Assembly: GCA_002269645.1 (NCBI GenBank)
Contig: NIVC01003045.1
Location: forward strand, 13,703-77,702
DNA length: 64,000 bases
Reading direction: 5' to 3'
Origin: Macrostomum lignano
Taxonomy: Eukaryota
Shown here: one piece after another, positions 28,127 through 39,609 of the stretch
How the letters are laid out: the number at the start of each line of letters is the position of its first letter
How positions within the stretch are numbered: position 1 is the stretch's first letter
The notes under the pieces: generated by a model
The model's database searches: none
What the model was told of the DNA's origin: nothing
What the model saw: only the letters and a program-made list of their open reading frames with translations
Program-made: the position numbers and the translations under genes

Positions 28127-28132
28127 TCTCTC
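28081..28132. repeat. (TC)n tract 90 bp upstream of the Hox3 ATG
   Basis: Directly visible. Confidence 0.95.
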
Positions 28133-28220
28133 TAATATAACTGCCAGATTTGATTCGATTTTTAAAGCCGCCCCGCTGCAACAACTATCTATTCCATATA
28201 TCAGACAGATATTAAACCCG

Positions 28221-28488
28221 ATGACTGGGGTGCAGCGCAACTCGCAGCAGCACAGAGCAGGGATGCATCAGCAGCATCAGCAGATGCTGCATGGCGGTCT
28301 ACCACATCCAATCTATCCCTGGATGATGGAGACTCGAGGCCACAGCGCTGGCGGAGCAGGAGGCGGCGGCGGTGGCGGTGGCCATAGCCGATCCGCTTCA
28401 AGGACAGCTCAGTCGGGACGTCAGTCTGCAGTGGACGGCGTCGGCTTTGACATGGAATCGGCGACCGAGTTTAGCAAAGGAGATGCTG
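28221..28488 (+). CDS. Hox3: Hox3-like gene, coding exon 1 (hexapeptide exon)
   Basis: ORF MTGVQ...LPHPIYPWMMETRG...SKGDA contains the Hox hexapeptide YPWM. It ends at a perfect donor GCTG|GTAAGT (intron from 28489, phase 1). An in-frame TAA lies at 28077-28079. AG acceptors at 28204/28208 leave open an additional upstream exon. Confidence 0.85.
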
Positions 28489-28529
28489 GTAAGTGAAGAC
28501 TTTGAAGCTGCGGAGAGATGGGCGAGAGA

Positions 28530-29925
28530 GAGAGAAATGCAGGGAGATAACAGAGAAGGGAGATAAGGGAGATAAGAGAGAAATGTAGGGAGATAACAGA
28601 AACGCAGGGAGGTAAGAGAGAAATTGCAGGGAGATATGCGAGAGCGAGAGAGAAATGCAGGGAGATGTGCGAAAGAGAGAGAGGAATGCAGGGAGATGCG
28701 CGAGAGAGAGAGGAATGCAGGGAGATGCGCGCGAGAGAGAGGAATGCAGGGAGATGCGCGCGAGAGAGAGAGGAATGTAGGGAGATGTGCGAGAGAGAGA
28801 AATGCAGGGAGATGTGCAAGAGAGAGAAATGCAGGGAGATGTGCGAGAGAGAGAAATGCGGGGAGATGTAGGGAGATAAGAGAGAAACGCAGGGAGATAA
28901 GAGAGAAATGTAGAGAGATAAGCGAGAAACGCAGGGAGATAAGAGAGAAACGCAGGGAGATAAGAGAGAAACGCAGGGAGATAAGAGAGCAACGCAGGGA
29001 GATAAGAGAGAAGCGCAGGGAGATAAGAGAGAAGCGCAGGGATATAAGAGAGAAGCGCAGGGAGATAAGAGAGAAGCGCAGGGAGATAAGAGAGAAACGC
29101 AGGGAGATAAGAGAGCAACGCAGGGAGATAAGAGAGAAACGCAGGAAGATAAGAAAGAAACGCAGGGAGATAAGAGAGCAACGCAGGGAGATAAGAGAGC
29201 AACGCAGGGAGATAAGAGAGAAACGCAGGGAGATAAGAGAGAAACGCAGGGAGATAAGAGAGAAACGCAGGGAGATAAGAGAGAAACGCAGGGAGATAAG
29301 AGAGCAACGCAGGGAGATAAGAGAGCAACGCAGGGAGATAAGAGAGAAACGCAGGGAGATAAGAGAGAAACGCAGGGAGATAAGAGAGCAACGCAGGGAG
29401 ATAAGAGAGCAACGCAGGGAGATAAGAGAGCAACGCAGGGAGATAAGAGAGCAACGCAGGGAGATAAGAGAGAAGCGCAGGGAGATAAGAGAGCAACGCA
29501 GGGAGATAAGAGAGAAGCGCAGGGAGATAAGAGAGAAACGCAGGGAGATAAGAGAGCAACGCAGGGAGATAAGAGAGAAACGCAGGGAGATAAGAGAGAA
29601 ACGCAGGGAGATAAGAGAGCAACGCAGGGAGATAAGAGAGCAACGCAGGGAGATAAGAGAGAAAGGGAGATAAGAGAGAAGCGCAGGGAGATAAGAGAGC
29701 AACGCAGGGAGATAAGAGAGAAGCGCAGGGAGATAAGAGAGAAACGCAGGGAGATAAGAGAGAAACGCAGGGAGATAAGAGAGCAACGCAGGGAGATAAG
29801 AGAGCAACGCAGGGAGATAAGAAAGAAACGCAGGGAGATAAGAGAGCAACGCAGGGAGATAAGAAAGAAACGCAGGGAGATAAGAGAGCAACACAGGGAG
29901 ATAAGAGAGAAACGCAGGAAGAAAG
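28530..29925. repeat. 21-bp purine-rich minisatellite (GCAGGGAGATAAGAGAG(A/C)AAC) in Hox3 intron 1
   Basis: About 50 regular units plus a degenerate 5' part. Confidence 0.97.
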
Positions 29926-31451
29926 AATTCGGAGTCAGAGAAAGAAACGCGGGCAGATCCGGAGAGAGATAAACGCAGTGAAAGGGCATGAACTGACTGT
30001 GTGTGAACAGAGACAGCAAGCCCCTTTGCTATAATATTTTAACTCCACGCGCGTATCAAAGTCGCAAATGGATGCTCTTCAGGCTGAGAATCGAGCCCAG
30101 TCAGTCCCGATGCCTGCGCAGCATTCAAGCAAGGGGGTGTCAGTGCGGTCCATATTTACAGCGGCCAACTGTGGCACCGAAGAGGGCACTGGGAGATTTA
30201 CATCCCCGAACTTCTGGCACTAATAAATTTTCACTGCCTCGAATTCCCAAGTGTTACGACGGGTTGCTGGGATGTACTCCAATCTTCCGACGAAATGTGC
30301 TATTGATTTTTAAGTGGCACTTGGCAAACAATAGAGCCCAAGTCATTAATTAATACGAGCGTAATTACTGATTATGATAGGCGTCACAGAAATCACAATA
30401 GTTTTGGCTAATATCTGAGATTTCTCCGCGTGCCTCATATGCTATGCCATCGGGAGTTGATTGGGGCGGAAGGTTTAGCGGATGGTGGATCATTTGTCAA
30501 ATATGAGCCCTCACGCCAGATTGAAGATGAAGAGAGAGAGAGAGATGGGGAGAGAAGTCTGGAGGCTGGGGGGGGGTATCGGCCCTCTCTCGTGACAAGA
30601 CCCCGGGAGCTGCCCGCGGTGCATCGAAGCAGAGGGGGCGGGGGCGGAAGGGCGGGGCCAGGTTGCCGTGATGGCAAGCGGCGGCTTTGAAGCGAGCCGC
30701 CACTGCTGGCTGTGGGGGAGTTCAGGAACGGCAAAAACTCCCGTGAGCTGCACCTCTGCGCCAGAGCCACGTGAGCAGCAGGCCCTGCGAGGGAGCTCAC
30801 CGCGGGGCACCGGGCAGAGGAGGAGGATCAGGAGAAAGTCAATTAATCTTAGCCGGCCGGTGCACTGGGGGAGGGTCCGGGCGGAGGAGGCAGGGATGGA
30901 GGGCGGGGAACTGATGATGAATGACGGCCGAAGCTTCGCTTTTGTCTGTCTGCGGCCGCGGCGGCAGGAGCAAAGCAGACGAGGAAAATGGGAAGGAAGA
31001 GGCTGTGAGGCTGGGTTGGCGGGGGGGGGTATAATTTCTGTTTTGCATATTTTTCATGATGCCGAATCTACAGAAGAAGAATGGCCGCCACCTCCCCCCC
31101 CCTCATCGGAGCCGAGAATTCGCGAACGAGGAGGAGAGCTCGCGGCTCTCGAGCTCCGCCTCGGATGGCCAGGCGGGCCTGACAGAGGCGGCTCAGCGGC
31201 CGACTGGGTGGAGATTGATGATTCTGCTTCCGTATTCTGCAGCGGCTGCCAGGCAAAGAATTCTCAGCCGCTGCCCCCCTTCCCCCAGGGGGACTTCAGA
31301 ATCAGCACTGCTAATTCTACCTTTGGTTTCCCACCTGCTCAGCTTGGGCCGCAGGAAATGTATAAAATGAAGCTGATGATGGGGTGCTTGCTTTGTTTAG
31401 TTGGCCACTGACTTGCTGACCAACTCGTTTAGTTGGTGCTCTCTGATTCAA

Positions 31452-31911
31452 CAAAGTGGCGCCTCTGAGGGCTCAAAGTGGCATTCCCGACTGACACAAA
31501 GTGGCACCTCTGAGGGTTCAAAGTGGCAATTCCCGACTGACACAAAGTGGCACCTCTGAGGGCTCAAAGTGGCAATTCCCGACTGACACAAAGTGGCACC
31601 TCTGAGGGTTCAAAGTGGCAATTCCCGACTGACACAAAGTGGCACCTCTGAGGGTTCAAAGTGGCAATTCCCGACTGACACAAAGTGGCACCTCTGAGGG
31701 CTCAAAGTGGCAATTCCCGACTGACACAAAGTGGCACCTCCAAGGGCTCAAAGTGGCATTCCCGACTGACACAAAGTGGCACCTCCAAGGGCTCAAAGTG
31801 GCATTCCCGACTGACACAAAGTGGCACCTCTGAGGGCTCAAAGTGGCATTCCCGACTGACCAAAGTGGCACCTCTAAGGGCTCAAAGTGGCAATTCCCGA
31901 CTGACACAAAG
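31452..31911. repeat. 45/46-bp dimeric minisatellite in Hox3 intron 1
   Basis: CAAAGTGGCACCTCTGAGGGCT + CAAAGTGGCAATTCCCGACTGACA x10. Confidence 0.95.
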
Positions 31912-33843
31912 ACTCTTGTGCTGATAAATTGTGCCGCAACAAATATCTGAATATTTCAATCTCATTATTAGCATTGGATCAGGGGAATCTGTACGCACAT
32001 AAAGTTGGTCTGCCTCCCCATAAATACCATATTGCATTTATCAGTTGGTAGCAAGGCTGCTTATACCAACCGCAATAAATTCAAGATTCTCTCGCTTAAA
32101 ACGATAATTATAGTTCAGCGCGGCATCGACAGCGCCAACAGCCTCGGCAACAAACTGGAAAAATGGGGGGGCTGCTCCATCTTCTCCGGGAACGAGAGGC
32201 TGGATGGCTGCAGCCGAATCAGGTCTGGGGGTCATAAATAACTCAGAGAGGAGAGGGGGCGGCAGCGGCGCACCTTGCCAGAGCCTTCATCTTGGCCAGC
32301 TAAGGGAAAAGTCTTGCCGCGCTTTGCCTTGACTGCATGGCAAATTGTTGTGAAGTCAAGCAAAATTTATTAACCTTCATGGATTCTGGCTGCGGGTTGA
32401 TGTAGCTTACGCTCGTAGTTTCCTGGCAACTATTAGAATAGTTTAACTGTCCCACAACTAGTAAGGATAATTGGATAAAAATTTTAATAAATTAAAATCA
32501 CTTATTTTATTGATTAGATTTTTTGTTTTTCAGTCTAATTTAAGTATGTCATTCTATCGCAACACCCCAGATGTTTTTTTTCAGATTGGAAATGCAAAAT
32601 TGCATATCAACAAACAAAAACCAAAGTTCCCTGACCTTCAAGATAACTTCTTTTGATGCAAAAATATGAAAGCGATTTAAATCTGGCTTCAGAATCCTGG
32701 AATTTTAGAATTGCTTTTAATTTAAAAAACAACCCGCGGCCCCCTCTACCGTTACAAAATCGAAATTCAAGCGTCCATGCCACTTCGAACTGCGGGTTGC
32801 CATGCGGCCAATACGGAAAAGATTAAGGCGGAGGAAATGATTGATGCCGGTGTCAAACTTGATTGCAGTCGCTACCTCCCCTCCCCTCCGACCTCACGGG
32901 GTTTGAAGTCGAGTTTTGCTTCCGCAGTAGTCAGCCGTGCGCATCGCTGCTGCTGCTGTACACTACGTGTGCGATTGTGCAGTCCGATAGCCACCACAAG
33001 ATAATACACAGCTAACTTACTATCAGGGGCAAAGTTTTAAAGAGGCCACGCAAACAGCTGCTGTGCTTAATTTTCCAACTGATATTTTCCTGTCAAATGT
33101 GCGGATTGGAGGAGAGGCGGAAAGGAGATTAGGGAACCTATAGAATGAGAGGGTAATTGTAACCCAGGAAGCATCCACTATGCATGCAGGCGGAGGCACT
33201 TTGCGACACCACAGCTCCACTTCAAACTGTCGATTGTTTGTAGCTTATGGACACCTCGCTACACTGCAGTTGCTTGGCTGATTGGCCCTAGCTAGAAGCA
33301 GCGAGAGACGGCTTAGATACTGAAGTCATGAAAAGTTTCTTGCGCCAGACTATACTCACAATTAGTTTTGTGGCTCGAGTACGAAAATCGGGCTTGGGCC
33401 ATCCAAGGCACAGAGTGTACATATGCCTGACGGTCAGACAGTCAGGCCCCGCTGAACACCTTTTGCGAGTGTGTGCTTGTGTACGTATCTAATTCCTCTC
33501 GTGAGCTGACTAACTAACACCTACTGAAGCTGAAAATGAAGCTCGGCTGCTTAGGTCCATGGCCAATTAAAAAAAAACATATTATATACTTTGTGCATCA
33601 TCTGTCATGTGCAACCCAGAGGCATTGCCTGTTGTTCTGTTGCCTGTTGTTGAAAGATCAGAAAAAAGCGATTGGCTGAAGCCATAAGTCACAGGCTGAC
33701 GTAGGCATCAAACGGGGTTAAAATTTCAAATGTTTCATCTCTGGGGGAAGTCATCTTTGCCTTTGCGTCACCTTTGCTTTCGCCTCTGGGTGAGTATTCG
33801 CATCGCATTAACTACCAACGCCTTCAATCCGAACATTTCACAG

Positions 33844-34117
33844 ACTCGGCCATCGGCTCGGCATCGAAGCGGATTCGCACGGCCTACACAAACGCGCAGC
33901 TGGTCGAGCTTGAGAAGGAGTTCCACTTCAACCGCTACCTGTGCCGGCCAAGACGCATCGAACTGGCCAATTCGTTGAGTCTCAGCGAGCGCCAGATCAA
34001 GATCTGGTTTCAGAACCGGCGCATGAAGTACAAGAAGGACCAGAAACTGGTCAGGGAGCAGGACATGCGGCTGCGGCACCTCAGACAGGCCGACGGGCCG
34101 CCCCATCTTATTAAAGA
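33844..34117 (+). CDS. Hox3: Hox3-like gene, coding exon 2 (homeobox, 33864-34043)
   Basis: [61 protein letters not shown] carries PG3-diagnostic TAY, LCRPRR and MKYKKDQ, and differs from the HOXA3 homeodomain as I recall it at about 7/60 positions. Acceptor TTTCACAG|AC is phase 1 and matches exon 1 (G+AC=Asp); branch-like TTAAC about 30 nt upstream; donor GA|GTAAGT at 34118 (phase 2). Confidence 0.95.
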
Positions 34118-34433
34118 GTAAGTACGGAATTAAATGACCGTTTCAGCTACTAACAGTAGCGGATGCGTAAGTAATGCCATTAATCGATGAATTATTATTA
34201 ATAGACTGGTAGAAATTGCATTAAACTACGAGTACATTAACAAGTTGTATGATATTTATACCTAGCTTTATGCAAAAAACTGGATCCAGCTATAAAAGTG
34301 CTAAAGCTGTCATTAAGCAGCCAATTTTTTAAATATGCACATATGCTGTAGGACCTGAAGCAAAGTTAAACAGGACAAGCCACGTCAATCAAAGAAATCC
34401 AAAGAAAAGTTCAATTTGCCGTCTCCTCTGCAG

Positions 34434-34730
34434 AGAGAAGTACATGCACATCGCTGGAATGATACCGATTGCTTATCCGGGCTGCGAGCAGCAGCAGCAG
34501 CAGCAGCAGCATCTTCAACAGCAGCAGCAGCAGCATCAGCAGCATCTTCAACAGCAGCCGGAATTGACCGAGTGCGGCAGTCCCGAAGCTGGGGCCACTG
34601 ACTATCAGCCGATTCTGTGCCCAACTCAGCAGCACGACTTGATGGCGCCTCAGCAGCAGCATGCTAGGCAGCAGTTCTTCCCTCTGCACCTGCAGGAGTC
34701 TCGAGACGGCAAGCAGTCAGCCGGTTACTT

Positions 34731-34774
<44 letters not shown>

Positions 34775-34809
34775 CAGGTCAGCAGCAGTTCCGACTTCCT
34801 TTTGTTTAA
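34434..34809 (+). CDS. Hox3: Hox3-like gene, coding exon 3 (polyglutamine C-terminal tail)
   Basis: Acceptor GTCTCCTCTGCAG|A is phase 2 and matches exon 2 (GA+A=Glu), reading EEKYMHIAG...QQQQ...RLPFV-stop in frame with track ORF 34444-34809. Confidence 0.75.
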
Positions 34810-37152
34810 GTCATTTCGTGCGGAGTGTGGACCCTATCTCTCTTTTGCTTTATTAAAAGAAATGTGTTTGTTAATATTCGTACATACTTAAAGTCTTTGA
34901 TATAAAAATTCTACCTGTGCAAATATTTAGTCACGCTGTACAACTTCATCTACTTACAATATTTCTTATAAAGTTAGTTGTACTGGGCAGTGGTGGTATT
35001 TAATCATCGATATAAAATGTAGATTAATTAAACAGTACTGGATTATATGCATGAATTAATTACTGCTGCTTATCGAACGCGTAAAACCATATAATATTGT
35101 GCAATATTCTAAGCTGTTTTAACTTCATTGATGCTTTAAAAAAACCTAGCTTATCTAATGCATTTTTCTTGTTCGTTCAAACCACAAGAATAACTAGAAT
35201 AATTAGATGGGCCACTATTTGCGTGTAAGCTACTTTCAGCTCAGTAGCAAAGTTAGACGAAGCATTTTAATGTATTTTTAAAGCCAATGCTCATTTATTG
35301 ACTCTTGCCCCCCGCTCCCAGCTTAAACCCTCCAACTGAGCCTTTCCCCACTGCCCCCGCCCCGCCCCAATTTTTATTGCTTTTCTCAGAATTCCAGACT
35401 AAAGCTGCCATGTACATTTCAGTGGACTGGCTAATGTACATTATTGCTGAACCAATTAGCAAGTTGTTTACGCCTGCAAGCTTGGGCTTCTAAACTTATC
35501 AAAGTCGTTTTAAGCAGCCTTTATTTTTATAAAATAGCTTATGTATTCTTCTTTGCTACTGAACTGAAGTAGAAAGCTGTTTTACTAAGTATATAAGCCC
35601 CAGTAGCCCATCTAGTTATTTTAGCATCTGTGGTTCAAACAAAGTGGTACTGCACGTACGAGCTACTATTTAACGAAAATTTAATTCATGCAGCTGTGCT
35701 GTCAGGCGGTAACCAAATCGTTTGTTCAAATGCAGTCGTATATGTTATCGTACAACGCAGAATTATAAACTCTGAGTTCGCTGTCGATAATTTAATAAAA
35801 TAAATAGCAAATCATTTCAGACATCGTATAAAGTATAGCTCACAACACTTGAAAGTTGAGCATCAGAATCTTTATTTCTCTATAACAGATAAGAAGATTA
35901 TAAAGACACTGCCCATTGCGCAATTGTGTAGTAATTATATACTCTGAAGTCTGACCCCTCATTTTATTTCTGCAGGTATCAAGCTAAAGTTCGTACTAAC
36001 AGCGGAAGTAGTTAACAAAGCACTTTTCAGACCAAGGATTCGTTTGGTTACACCAACAGTAATAATAATAATTGCAGAAGGGCTGCGCAGCACCCTGGCG
36101 CAACGCCTTCGGCGACATCGTCCCACAAGCAGCGCTGCACGGCAATTCTGCCGCATGCGGATGCTGTACGGCAGGCACGCAACTCATACACACGCTCACA
36201 CAGGGTGTACAGCAGCCCTGACTTTCTAATCATCAGGCATGTACACTCTGTGCCTCTGGGGGTTGGCCATCATGGCTGTGAATCGCGCACGACAACCCCT
36301 GGCCATATTTTGTACAAGCTCGAAATGAATGTGATCGCGCATTGAATCAAATCAAGGGTCGCGGCGCGAGAGTCAGGATTGTTTACTGCTGAGCTGCTCT
36401 GGTTATAATACCCTGTTAGCCAGCGATGCGTGATGTAATATTCTGTACAATTTAGTGAAACATCGCTTGTATGTAAATCATTCCGAAACAAAGATAAATG
36501 TACATGTAATGCTCCATGGTAAATAAAATCTCAAAATTGCTCGCTATATATCAAGCATATACTGTACATGCAGGGTGCAGTATCAGCCACATCCGCACAA
36601 GTAAAGCAATTGTAAAAATGTTGCTGAGAAGTCAATTTTTTAGATAATAGTCTGAAACTTCTGTCGCAAAGAGTTAATGCAATGGTCTATCAAGTCACTC
36701 AGAAGAATCCCCTCAGGTTCAAACAGCTTCTTAAATCGAGATCAAAACTGATCCCCAGGCATCACGATGATGCTAAAAATAGCATCACGGGCTATATTAG
36801 GGCTTGAATTAAGGACACGTCAACTTCTTTTTCCCAAAACTCGGAGAGATTATTCGTGCAGCAGTTTTGCACACCATTAGCAGAACTTTCTTGTTTGCTG
36901 ATCGAACACTTATTCTGACCGAAATGGGTAGAAATTTATGGGAATCATTCCTGATTTAGATTACTTATCAGCAGCAGTTGCAATTTAATCGTTAAAAAGG
37001 GATCATTAATTGCTGTTGCAGTACGAATTCGGTTGATGTGACCTGTATTTATCTAGATTGGTCAACATATTCTATATACCGAGATGTGTCCACAGATTCT
37101 ATATCTCCCCGCTTCTTCACTGTGGTCCCATATATGTGGCTATTGTGAGGAC

Positions 37153-38197
37153 GTATTGTCAGGACGTGCCAAAGCAGCTGAATTCCGCCGTCATGGCGAT
37201 ATACCGTGATACAAAAGCTGCTGTTTCAACACCGGACGGCCTATCGGACTTCTTTGAGACATCCTCCGGGGTGCTTCAGGGAGATACGCTTGCGCCGTTC
37301 CTGTTCGTTCTGGTGCTTGACTGGGTGCTGCGGACCGCTCTTCCTACCAAACGACAACGGCTTTCTGTTGCGGCGACGCGTGGGTCGACGTCAACCGGAG
37401 AGTCTGCGGCTCAGTGTGCTTGGCTACGCCGTCGATCTCGCCCTGCTGTCCTCAACGGTCCAGGGCGCCCAGCTACAACTGGACAAGCTAGTTGCTGTTG
37501 TGGCGAGCTTCGGCCTGGTGGTCAACACGCAGAAGACCGTCGTGCTCTGCGTGCCGGACGATATCGAGGTTGCGATCTTGTGCCAAAGCGCTGATGGACA
37601 GGCGACAGAGCTTCCGCGTTGTCAACAGTTCGTCTACCTCGGCGGTCTGGTTCCCGGCGTCCGCGAGGATTTGCGGCGTCACCGCGGGCTTGCCTGGGCT
37701 GCCTGTGAGGGCAGTCCTGCAGTCCGAGGCCTTACCTGACCTCCAGAGGGCGGCGTTGTTCCAGGCGGTGATCGAGACCGACCTGCTGTACAACGCCGAG
37801 ACCTGGACGCTGACGGAGTCGCTCGAGCAACAAGTTGACGCGGCGCACGCTGGCCTGCTGCTCGCCGCCTTCAAGATCGGCTACGAGTGAGTGACCAACG
37901 CGGCTTTGTATCGCCGCGCCGGCCTGGTCCGTCCAAGCGACCTGTTGCGCCGTCAGCGACTCCAGCTGGCAGGCCACATCATCCGCGCCGAGTCGTACTG
38001 CCCCGAGCCGGTGCAGGAAGTGCTGCTGCTAACGCTGCAGGCACCCTACCGGCGGGAGCAGGCCCGCACTCGGCGTTTCGTCGACTGCCTCATAGACGGA
38101 CGCCGGCGCCCCGGATTCGGCCGGCGGCGTGGCGTTCATTCGCGACCTGGCTTTGAAGCGCGCCCTGTGACGCTAACTGTGTATTATATTGTTGTTG
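37153..38197 (+). mobile_element. 5'-truncated, frameshifted RTE-clade LINE
   Basis: Translated fragments GVLQGDTLAPFLFVLVLDWVLR, LGYAVDLALLS (YADD-like), GLVVNTQKT, LYNAETWTLT, LQLAGHIIR. (TTG)n tail at about 38186-38200; likely TSD TTGTGAGGAC at 37143-37152 and 38198-38207. Confidence 0.85.
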
Positions 38198-39609
38198 TTG
38201 TGAGGACAGTAGTAATTTGAGTATGCAATAAATTCTTATCAGTATATGTAAATAAATTGAAGAGAAACATAACGTATTGTCTGTACTAGCAACCGAATTC
38301 CAAGCAGTTTTTTTTTCAGAAAGAGACTTAAAAACAAGACAGAGTTGCACCCGATGTCATCCGGATCGGGATAATAAATTAGGTGCCTTTTTATATCGGC
38401 GAGCTTTAAAAGTTAATTTGTAAGGGGGCGGGCCCTGAGCATACTGTTACATCTCAACAACAAGTGTATGTTTTGAGGGTTTCCGCGCCCTATAACAATT
38501 TTTTAAATTAATTTTCTCTCACAGTTGCTTTATTTGTGATTCGCGCAATTTCAGCAGGGGCAATATATGTTGAGTGAAATTTGTGTTAAAATACTGAAAA
38601 CTTACAGTGGTACTTGTGTAAAGTAGCGAGTGGCAAAAATATGAGGAAACAGAAATTATAATTTATTTACTGACGCGGCTCTCATAAATTAATTGAGATG
38701 ACCGGATTTTCAGTTCTCGGTTCAGTTCCGAAATTTAAATTAATTCACTCCGGATTGCCTCTAAATAGTTAGTGTATAAACAAAGTAAAAACATTTCTGC
38801 TCCAATTGCACTTAAACATCAAATAAAAAGCATTGCCATTGCAAGAGATTTTTAAATTATATTATTTTTTTATGATAGTTTTAAATTTTATTGTATTTTT
38901 TTCGTCAGTCATTTTAGCGCGCATATGAAACTTATGCACACGAAATTCAAAAGCACATTGCTTTGGAAGTGCTTTGAATGAGAATACACTAAGGCAAAGG
39001 CAGTGGCGCAACCAGGTGGGGGCGGGGGGCGGTCTGGTGCCCCCAGGTCTGAGACCCAAAAAATCAAAGAATCAAAGGGGGGACCAAGCGAACTTTCGCC
39101 AAAACAGAGCCACCCCGTCCGCCCCACCTCCCGGGACTTTACCCTCCAGAATCCGCCCCCTCATAAAATTTCTGGTTGCACTACTGAACGAAAGTTTCCT
39201 TACACACCCTCTCTTCAATATAAATTTATAATTATATTATATTTCAATATAAAATTATAATATTAATTACATATTATAATTATAATTATAATTATAATTT
39301 TACTTACATGTATATTAATTATATAATTAAAAAAGATATTTAATTTATCTGCACTTTCTTTAAAAATTTAACCTCATAAAAATAAAATATAAGCATTAAA
39401 AGTCATGCTCAAATGTCTTTTGCTGAGCAAAACTGTCACTCTATAATGATGGTATTAAATATTTACGCGTAGATGAACTTTGTTTTAGTTTTTAGTTACT
39501 CTTAAGACTAGAAAAAAAATCACCTGGGACTATATGAAGTATAACTTGTTTCAACTAATTGTTTTACTTAAATGAATAAAAAATATATACACTGTAAAAG
39601 TTAGCTCAT

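Noticed and set aside
30668-31411. 247-aa ORF in Hox3 intron 1
   Set aside because: Low-complexity GC-rich translation with no recognisable domain; overlapping ORFs in other frames indicate a compositional artefact.
33905-33911. miR-993 seed match CGAGCTT inside the Hox3 homeobox
   Set aside because: The same 7-mer occurs at about chance frequency elsewhere (3487, 12130, 37505, 38400); it lies in constrained coding sequence with little 3' pairing.
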